Positions 1 to 6,301 of a stretch of 13,543 nt of DNA are shown here, in pieces. The position numbers were made by a program, and so were the translations under genes. The notes beneath the pieces were generated by a model, which saw only the letters and a program-made list of their open reading frames with translations, searched no databases and had not been told where the DNA came from. Where the stretch lies: positions 1 through 13,543 of the forward strand of contig MGLW01000003.1 of assembly GCA_001794905.1 (NCBI GenBank), written 5' to 3'. Within the stretch, counting starts at the first letter, position 1. Every line of letters begins with the position of its first letter. This DNA comes from Chlamydiae bacterium RIFCSPHIGHO2_12_FULL_49_11 (lineage in GTDB: Bacteria > Chlamydiota > Chlamydiia > Chlamydiales > 2-12-FULL-49-11).

Positions 1-937
1 CAACCGCCCAGCGCGGCGTCTTCCCCGTCGCCCCGATCGGCCCTCTTGCTCGAATATCGTCGAGCTTGACGACAATCCCGTCGATATCGAACGCCACGGC
101 GCGCCGCTTTTTTTCTACCATGCGTGCAAATGCCAAAATCTCCTGTAAATTGGTGCACCGTTTCCGCTCATCGTCATCGAAGACGGGAAGCCCCATCTTC
201 TCCAAAAGGGGAGCAACTTCGCTCTGTTGCAAAATGCCGCTCTTGCCGTCCACATCGTATATTTTGATATGCAAACACCGTTTCTTCGTTTCGCTGGAAT
301 CGAGGAGTTTCAGCGAGCCCGAGGCGGCATTTCTCGGATTGGCGTAGACCATTTCCCCCGCCTCTTCTTTTTCGCGGTTCAACTTCTGGAACACGGCGTG
401 CGGTATGAAAATTTCGCCGCGGACCTCTAGCTCGTCCGGAAACTTTCCTTTCAGCGTATGAGGCAGATTCTCGATTCCACGGGCATTTTGGGTCACATCG
501 TCCCCTTTCGTTCCGTCTCCGCGCGTGATCGCCCGGACAAGTTTCCCCTTCTTGTAGCGCACGGCAACGGCAACCCCGTCGATTTTCAACTCGGCATGAA
601 ACGCCGGCTCCTTTTTCTCGAGAAACTTTTGCATCCGCTTCACCCAAGCGCCGAGCTCCTCTTCGCTGTAAGTATTTGCAAGGGAGAGCATGGGCGAAGT
701 GTGCGCTACCGTCTTGAATCCCTTCGACACGTCGGAGCCGACCTTGGCCGTCGGGGAAGAATCGATGAGCCAGTCGGGGTGCTCTTTTTCGATTGCCTCA
801 ATCCGGTTCAAGAGCCTGTCAAATTCGTAATCGGAAATCTCCGGCGCGTTATCAATGTAGTATAGCTTGTTGTGATGCTTGGCCTCCTCGACCAGCTCCT
901 GATACATCTCGTATGTAACATCGCCCTGTTTTGTCAT
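1..937 (-). CDS. ligA: NAD-dependent DNA ligase, N-terminal/adenylation part (partial; runs off the left edge)
   Basis: Hand translation from ATG at 937: MTKQGDVTYEMYQELVEEAKHHNKLYYIDNAPEISDYEFD...PMLSLANTY...ELKIDG (adenylated Lys)...TRGDG...EVRGE...ANPRNAASGSLK...DIDGIVVK...PRWAV. The frame is open to the window edge. Absent from the ORF track because its stop lies outside the window. Confidence 0.98.
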   Translation of the reverse strand, partial: MTKQGDVTYEMYQELVEEAKHHNKLYYIDNAPEISDYEFDRLLNRIEAIEKEHPDWLIDSSPTAKVGSDVSKGFKTVAHTSPMLSLANTYSEEELGAWVKRMQKFLEKKEPAFHAELKIDGVAVAVRYKKGKLVRAITRGDGTKGDDVTQNARGIENLPHTLKGKFPDELEVRGEIFIPHAVFQKLNREKEEAGEMVYANPRNAASGSLKLLDSSETKKRCLHIKIYDVDGKSGILQQSEVAPLLEKMGLPVFDDDERKRCTNLQEILAFARMVEKKRRAVAFDIDGIVVKLDDIRARGPIGATGKTPRWAV

Positions 938-947
938 CGCAAAAGAA

Positions 948-976
948 AGTATCTTCCATTTTCCAAAATTTTTCAA
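948..976 (-). promoter_or_regulatory. Putative sigma70/sigma66-type promoter for ligA
   Basis: TTGAAA (976-971), 17-nt spacer, GATACT (953-948). Predicted +1 near 941, about 4 nt before the ATG at 937. Confidence 0.5.
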
Positions 977-996
977 CATCCCGTTATATCAATCCT

Positions 997-1054
997 AAAA
1001 AGTGACAAATTTGTCATTTATTCGTACGAAAAAGTGACAAATTTGTCACTTTTT
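997..1054. repeat. Tandem palindromic operator-like boxes forming one 58-bp near-perfect inverted repeat
   Basis: Box 1 is AAAAAGTGACAAATTTGTCATTTATT (997-1022). Box 2 is AAAAAGTGACAAATTTGTCACTTTTT (1029-1054), a perfect 26-bp palindrome. Their centres are 32 bp apart. The linker TTCGTACGAA (1021-1030) is also palindromic. 27 of 29 pairs match across the whole element. Confidence 0.95.
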
Positions 1055-1062
1055 GATACATT
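1034..1062 (+). promoter_or_regulatory. Putative sigma70-type promoter for the DUF4143 ATPase, with -35 inside palindrome box 2
   Basis: GTGACA (1034-1039), 17-nt spacer, TACATT (1057-1062). Canonical spacing puts +1 at about 1069, the A of the ATG. No Shine-Dalgarno sequence precedes the ATG. Confidence 0.55.
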
Positions 1063-1068
1063 CGTGCC

Positions 1069-2409
1069 ATGCAACGCTTCATGATGGAAAAACTGATCGC
1101 CTGGAAAGCCGATCCGCAAAGAAAACCTCTCCTTCTAAAGGGAGTCAGGCAAGTTGGAAAAACAACTCTTCTCTTAGAATTCGGAAAGAAATATTTTTCC
1201 GGTGTCCACTATCTCAACTTTGAGAAAGAGCCTCAAATTGCCTCTATTTTTGAACCCGACCTCGTCCCCACGCGCATCCTCAGTGATCTTGCTTTTTTTC
1301 TGGAAAAACCGATCCGACCGGGAGAAGATCTTGTTATTTTTGATGAAATTCAAGAAGCTCCCCGGGCTCTCACCTCACTAAAATACTTCAGGGAAGAATG
1401 CCCGAACTTGCACCTTTGCGCTGCAGGATCGCTTCTAGGTCTTTCGCTCGGAAGCTCCTCTTTTCCCGTCGGAAAAGTCGATTTCGAAACACTAAGGCCA
1501 ATGTCATTCGAAGAATTTCTGACAGCGCAGAATGACAAGTCTCTCCCTTATTTCAAAAATATCACATCGAATTCTGCAATCCCGAGTGCGGTTCATGAGC
1601 ATCTCCTCCAAGAACTAAAACATTATTTCGTGGTCGGAGGGCTTCCTGAAGCGGTTTCCACTTACTGCCAACATAAAGGTGATATAACGGAAGCCTTCTC
1701 TCTGGTCCGAAAAAAGCAAAGCGACCTTCTTCTTTCTTATTACGCCGATATTGCCAAACATGCAGGAAAAGTCAATGCAATGCATATCAATCGAGTCTTT
1801 CAGTCAGTTCCTGCACAAATGAGCCATGCCCAAGACGGCTCGATCCGCCGATTCAAATTTAAAGGAGTTGTGCCGGGAATATCACATTACGACAGATTGG
1901 CCGGGGCCATCGATTGGCTGGAAGCCACCGGCATGATCCTCAAAATTCCGATTGTGGAATCGGCTCTGGTTCCCTTTCAAGCCTACGCAAAAGAAAACTG
2001 CTTTAAATTACTCGTATTTGACGTAGGAATGCTGGGACTCATGACAAGCCTCTCGCCCAAAGCCATTCTTGACGGAGATTACGGCAGTTACAAGGGATAT
2101 TTTGTTGAAAACTTTGTTGCGCAGGAACTATTGCTGCGTACCACCCCCCTTCTCTATAGTTGGCAAGAAGGAAATGCCGAAATCGAATTCCTCCTTGAAA
2201 TCGGCGGCAAAGCGGTTCCGGTAGAGGTCAAATCAGGCACTCTCACAAAAGCAAAGAGCTTACAATCTTTTCGGGAAAAATACCGGCCGCCCCTGCAAAT
2301 CATTTTAAGTTCTAAACGCCTTAATATCGGTAATAAAAACGCTGTCCAATATTGCCCCCTCTACTTTACCGACCGTTTCTTCGGCAAACCTAATCCAACT
2401 CGCAGATGA
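1069..2409 (+). CDS. AAA+ ATPase (AAA_14) with C-terminal DUF4143 / PD-(D/E)xK-like domain
   Basis: Walker A GVRQVGKT, Walker B LVIFDEIQ, AAGSLL, GGLPE, DUF4143-type KLLVFDVGML and GYFVENFVAQEL, and terminal EIEFLL...PVEVKSG. 446 aa. Confidence 0.92.
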   Translation: MQRFMMEKLIAWKADPQRKPLLLKGVRQVGKTTLLLEFGKKYFSGVHYLNFEKEPQIASIFEPDLVPTRILSDLAFFLEKPIRPGEDLVIFDEIQEAPRALTSLKYFREECPNLHLCAAGSLLGLSLGSSSFPVGKVDFETLRPMSFEEFLTAQNDKSLPYFKNITSNSAIPSAVHEHLLQELKHYFVVGGLPEAVSTYCQHKGDITEAFSLVRKKQSDLLLSYYADIAKHAGKVNAMHINRVFQSVPAQMSHAQDGSIRRFKFKGVVPGISHYDRLAGAIDWLEATGMILKIPIVESALVPFQAYAKENCFKLLVFDVGMLGLMTSLSPKAILDGDYGSYKGYFVENFVAQELLLRTTPLLYSWQEGNAEIEFLLEIGGKAVPVEVKSGTLTKAKSLQSFREKYRPPLQIILSSKRLNIGNKNAVQYCPLYFTDRFFGKPNPTRR

Positions 2410-4486
2410 GGCTGGAAAGAGGGGCCAGAGTAAGCCACACGCCGGTGCCCGGTTCAATCCGGATGCTTGCGTTCATGACGCCGCCGCCGCCATAGTCCAT
2501 TCCGTCCGTATTGAGGAGTTCGCGGATCGTGGAGGCATTCCGAAGGGGAATAAATTCGTTTTCATAATACATCGGCGTAAAATTGTGCACGAAAAAGAGA
2601 CGCTTCTCTCCTCTCCGGATATAGGCAATGATCGACCGGTCGACATGCTGGTGCACCCACTCGAACGAGCCGGGATCAAAGTCGGTCTGCCATAGGGTCG
2701 GCTCACTGAGATAAAATCGGTTCATGTATTTGACGAAGTTGAACCACTTCCTGTGATTCTCTTCTTGGAGCAAATGCCACGGAAGCTCTTTGTGCGGATC
2801 CCATTCTTCTATCTGGGCAATTTCGATCCCCATAAAGAAGAGCTTTTTCCCGGGATGGCACATGGCATACGAATAACAAAGGCGCATATGTCCGAACTTG
2901 TGCCACATGTCGAGCGGCATTTTTAAGATGAGGTGTTTTTTTTCGTGCACCACCTCATCATGAGAAAGGGGGAGAATGTATTTTTCACGAAACACTTCGG
3001 TAAAGGTATTCAGGAGCTCTTGCAGGTGGTACTTGCGGTACACGGGATCTTTGACGAAAAAGCGGAGGGTGTCGTTCATCCAGCCGATGTTCCACTTGAG
3101 ATCGAAACCGAGTCCACCCTGATAGGTAGGGATCGTGACGGAAGGGTAAAGGGAAGCGTCTTCGGCAATCATGATGGCAGACGCGCTCCTTTTCGCCATC
3201 ATCGAATTGAGATGCTTGAGAAATTCGATCGCCGCCAAATCTTCAGGCCCTCCATATTGGTTGGGAACCCACGCCGTGCCATGACGGGAGTAGTCGAGGT
3301 AGAGGATCGATTGCACCGCATCAACGCGAAGTCCGTCGACGTGAAGCTTCTCAACCCAGAAAAAGGCGGAAGAGAGAAGAAAGGCGACGACTTCCGGTTT
3401 TTCGTAATCGAAAATGAGGGTATCCCATTCGGGGTGCCAGCGCATCACATCGTGATTTTTCTCGTAGAGAGGCCCTCCGTCAAACTCCCGCAAGGCAAAA
3501 CCGTCGGCGGGGAAATGGCCGGGGGTCCAGTCCAAAATCACTCCGATCCCGTTTTCATGCAGGTGGTTGACAAAGTAGGCAAAGTCGTCATAGTTTCCGT
3601 ACCGCGAAGTAGGTGCAAAATAGCCTGTCACTTGGTAGCCCCATGATTCGTCCAGGGGATGCTCGCACACGGGAAGAATCTCGACGTGGGTAAACGACAT
3701 CTCCTTGAGATACTCGGCAAGCAGGTGCGCAAGGGTGCGGTAATTGATCTCTCCGCTAGAGCGCTTCCACGATCCGAGGTGCATTTCGTACACGTTGATG
3801 GGCCGGCTGAGCACTTCATGTTTCACCGCCGGCTTGTTTTTCATCCAAGCCTCGTCGGTAAAGACAAACGTCTCTTTGCATACTCGTGCCGCCGTCTGCG
3901 GCCTGAGCTCATATCCCCTCGCCATAGGATCGGTTTTGTACACAACGCCGCCCGTATCGGAATAAACGGCATATTTATACAGCATCCCTTCGAGAGGCTT
4001 GGAAAAAAAGAGCTCCCAAATGCCCGAATCGCCAATGCGGCGCATCGGATGATATCCCGCTTCAAAGCTGTTGCAATCGGCAATCAGGGCGACCGACTTT
4101 GCTTTCGGAGCCCAGACGGAAAACCGGGTACCTAGAATCCCTTCATGTTCCAAAATTTTCGCTCCGAGCACTTCAAAAAGAGTGTAGTGGACCCCTTGCG
4201 CAAAATAGTACTCGTCCTCTTTTGAGGTGATGATCGAAAAATTGTACGGGTCAAAGTAGGATGCACCGTCGGGAAATAGAAGCGTATAACCGAATTTGCC
4301 GACCTCTTCCGAAAAGGTGTACGAAAACACGCCCCGTTCATCTACCATGGTGGCCGCAACTACATCGCGCCCATATAGAAACACGAGTTCTTTCCGGTTA
4401 GGAGCCAAAATAGTCACGGTCTTATCTTTGAGGCCAAGAAGCATTTCGGGATTACGACACGAATGCTCGAAAAGTTCATTATACAT
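2390..4486 (-). CDS. glgB: 1,4-alpha-glucan (glycogen) branching enzyme, GH13
   Basis: FSVWAPKA, GIWELF, INVYEMHLGSW, SWGYQVTGYFAPTSRYG, VILDWTPGHFP, catalytic DGLRVDAV, IAED and LPLSHDEVVH, and HPGKKLFFMG. 698 aa. Confidence 0.98.
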   Translation of the reverse strand: MYNELFEHSCRNPEMLLGLKDKTVTILAPNRKELVFLYGRDVVAATMVDERGVFSYTFSEEVGKFGYTLLFPDGASYFDPYNFSIITSKEDEYYFAQGVHYTLFEVLGAKILEHEGILGTRFSVWAPKAKSVALIADCNSFEAGYHPMRRIGDSGIWELFFSKPLEGMLYKYAVYSDTGGVVYKTDPMARGYELRPQTAARVCKETFVFTDEAWMKNKPAVKHEVLSRPINVYEMHLGSWKRSSGEINYRTLAHLLAEYLKEMSFTHVEILPVCEHPLDESWGYQVTGYFAPTSRYGNYDDFAYFVNHLHENGIGVILDWTPGHFPADGFALREFDGGPLYEKNHDVMRWHPEWDTLIFDYEKPEVVAFLLSSAFFWVEKLHVDGLRVDAVQSILYLDYSRHGTAWVPNQYGGPEDLAAIEFLKHLNSMMAKRSASAIMIAEDASLYPSVTIPTYQGGLGFDLKWNIGWMNDTLRFFVKDPVYRKYHLQELLNTFTEVFREKYILPLSHDEVVHEKKHLILKMPLDMWHKFGHMRLCYSYAMCHPGKKLFFMGIEIAQIEEWDPHKELPWHLLQEENHRKWFNFVKYMNRFYLSEPTLWQTDFDPGSFEWVHQHVDRSIIAYIRRGEKRLFFVHNFTPMYYENEFIPLRNASTIRELLNTDGMDYGGGGVMNASIRIEPGTGVWLTLAPLSSLICELD

Positions 4487-4501
4487 ATAGAGTATGTATA
4501 A
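4479..4501 (-). promoter_or_regulatory. 9-bp inverted repeat covering the glgB start codon
   Basis: In mRNA sense: TTATACATA-CTCTA-TATGTATAA. The glgB ATG (4486-4484) lies in the 3' arm. The stem begins 2 nt after the upstream TAA. Confidence 0.45.
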
Positions 4502-4503
4502 GC

Positions 4504-5415
4504 TTAGCTTTCAAATTTGTCTAGCAGGTAAATCGACCCCGCCTTGAGTTCGAAGGGCCTGTCCAGTACAAACAGGCGTCGCTTTTGTTTGAGGTAAAGC
4601 CGCACGCCGCACGTCTTATGCAGTTTGGATACAAGAACAATCTCGGCATTTTGGGTGCAGCGGAAAATGCACGTTTTGAGCTTGTATCCGCTCCACTGCA
4701 TGTCCAAAGTTCCGAAATCGGTATGCACCCCGACCATCCGTCCGCGATCGAACGGAGAGACAACCTTTGGAAGAAGCTCGATCTTTTTTCCGTCTGCAAC
4801 GATGAAACGGTTCCTGATCGATTGGAAAAACGCATGGTAGAGAGAAAAAAGAGGAACGGGAAGAGGCCTGAGATCGAGCCCCTGAAATTGCACATCGCCC
4901 GTTTCCGCTTTCAAAAATGAAGACAGATATCCCAAAAGGTGCGCCGGAGCAGCGTCAAGAGGATGCGGCGCTTTCGGCCCCATTTGCCCCATGAGGAAGA
5001 GGATCGGATACCACTCGCGCAGGTCGAACCGGCTCGCTACTTTTTCCCATTCCAACTTTTTCAAAGAGCCCAGGAGGAGTTTTTCTTTCGGAAAAGGTAA
5101 AATTGTTTCACACGGTAGCGTCCATTCTTTTTTCTCTCCGCGCACCATCCTGATGACGAGCCGGTTATTTTCGCCAAATATATTCAGCTGAAAAAACCCG
5201 TCGCGCCCCTCCCCAAACACCTCAACTCTTCCCTGCTCCAAATTGAGGAGCACGGTGAATTTTTTAACCGGGCCTTTCACGGGAAGATCGATTCCCCTAT
5301 CTCCCACAAACAATTTTGCCGGATAGACACGGACAAAACAGTCCGTGTAGGGAACCCATACGGTGCTTCCGATTTCGTGCGTAAAGGGGGTAATTTTCTC
5401 ACGAATCTTAATCAC
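4504..5415 (-). CDS. Conserved hypothetical protein resembling the chlamydial glgB-adjacent (CT865-like) family
   Basis: 303-aa ORF with GTG start, 17 nt upstream of glgB on the same strand. Segments PFTHEIG...VRVYPAKL, LLLGSLKKLEWEKV...DLREWYPILFLMGQ and terminal YLLDKFES resemble the chlamydial protein as I recall it. The family assignment needs a search. Confidence 0.75.
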   Translation of the reverse strand: MIKIREKITPFTHEIGSTVWVPYTDCFVRVYPAKLFVGDRGIDLPVKGPVKKFTVLLNLEQGRVEVFGEGRDGFFQLNIFGENNRLVIRMVRGEKKEWTLPCETILPFPKEKLLLGSLKKLEWEKVASRFDLREWYPILFLMGQMGPKAPHPLDAAPAHLLGYLSSFLKAETGDVQFQGLDLRPLPVPLFSLYHAFFQSIRNRFIVADGKKIELLPKVVSPFDRGRMVGVHTDFGTLDMQWSGYKLKTCIFRCTQNAEIVLVSKLHKTCGVRLYLKQKRRLFVLDRPFELKAGSIYLLDKFES

Positions 5416-5573
5416 ATCATTTTTCCAAGCAGCCCGAATAGGGTATTTTCTTCCACGGCCTTTTCTTCATCACCTGCGGTTGAGAATGCAAACGACTCAT
5501 GTTGAGTTTGATATGCATCCAATTCGGTTTGGTTTCTCCGGTATCCGAGGGTTGCGATTTTGAATTTCTTCAT
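5412..5573 (-). pseudogene. mtaB: 53-aa in-frame remnant of an MtaB/YqeV-type radical SAM methylthiotransferase
   Basis: Hand translation: MKKFKIATLGYRRNQTELDAYQTQHESFAFSTAGDEEKAVEENTLFGLLGKMM*. The N-terminus fits the UPF0004 start pattern F.I.TLGC..NQ.E..AY..Q with Cys replaced by Tyr. There is no radical SAM CxxxCxxC. The stop overlaps the next gene's start (GTGA). Confidence 0.75.
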
Positions 5574-5638
5574 GATGGCATAGATTATAATTCCGTATTT
5601 CCTTTAAAAAAAAGAAAAAAGCCGGTGTCCTTAATTTC

Positions 5639-6301
5639 ATGAGTGTTGTTTCGTTTGCTTTCACCCTGTTTCTCGTCTTCAATTCCTTGGGGAGCATCCC
5701 CGCCCTTGTGGCTATGTTAAAGCCGTATTCACCTCACAGGCAAAGGATTATAATTATTCGAGAAATGCTGATCGCCCTCGGGATCTTACTCATGTTCGGT
5801 TTTTTCGGGCAAACGGTCCTCGACTTCCTCGGAATCACTCCCGCCGTGATCGGGCTTGCGGGCGGCATCTTGCTCCTCATCATTGCGCTTACCATGATTT
5901 TCCCCAAACCGAGCGACGCAAATACAACCATGCGCCCCGTGCAGCACGAGCCGTTTGTCGTCCCGATCGCGATCCCCCTTCTCGCCGGGCCGGGAAGCAT
6001 CACGTCGATCATGCTTTTTGCCACCTATGAGCCGGTGATGTGGAAGATCCTTTTTACCGTCTTCCTTGCGTGGCTCCCGTCTTTTATCATCGTCCTTTCT
6101 TGCTCTTATGTGAAATACCTCGTCGGAGAAAAAGGACTGGTGGCCTTTGAACGCCTTGGCGGCCTCCTCATCGCACTTCTTGCCGTCCAAATGATGGCCT
6201 CCGGTTCGGTTAAACTGGTGCGCGAAAACTTCCTCGTCCCCGAGAAACCGTCTAAAAGTCGAATTGAAAGCCCAGCGCAAAATCCAGAGAAAGGTATTTA
6301 G
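5639..6301 (+). CDS. MarC/YhgN family integral membrane protein
   Basis: LFLVFNSLGSIP, IIREMLIAL, AGGILLLIIALTMIFP, PFVVPIAIPLLAGPGSITSIML and ERLGGLL. About six hydrophobic segments; 220 aa. Confidence 0.93.
   Translation: MSVVSFAFTLFLVFNSLGSIPALVAMLKPYSPHRQRIIIIREMLIALGILLMFGFFGQTVLDFLGITPAVIGLAGGILLLIIALTMIFPKPSDANTTMRPVQHEPFVVPIAIPLLAGPGSITSIMLFATYEPVMWKILFTVFLAWLPSFIIVLSCSYVKYLVGEKGLVAFERLGGLLIALLAVQMMASGSVKLVRENFLVPEKPSKSRIESPAQNPEKGI

Noticed and set aside
66-865. ORF-track ORFs 66..347, 174..647, 227..430 and 458..865
   Set aside because: They are antisense or off-frame shadows of ligA, which occupies 937 to the left edge on the minus strand.
997-1054. Palindromic boxes as a mini-CRISPR, transposon end or intrinsic terminator
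   Set aside because: There are only two copies with a 6-nt gap and no cas or transposase gene. The stems are AT-rich without a loop and lie between divergent gene starts, where termination is not expected.
872-1084. 70-aa + strand ORF across the ligA/ATPase intergenic region
   Set aside because: It overlaps the ligA start in antisense and runs through both promoters and the palindrome. It has no recognisable motif.
3150-3180. GlgB motif IAEDAS instead of IAEES
   Set aside because: The catalytic Glu is retained, and Asp at the next position is a known natural variant in branching enzymes.
2933-4135. Long + strand ORFs antisense to glgB (237 aa and 158 aa)
   Set aside because: They are antisense shadows of a well-supported gene, with no motifs or start signals.
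5363-5697. ORF-track ORFs 5363..5563 (+) and 5497..5697 (-)
   Set aside because: Both overlap neighbouring genes and lack motifs. The region is better explained by the 5573-5412 mtaB-like stub in another frame.
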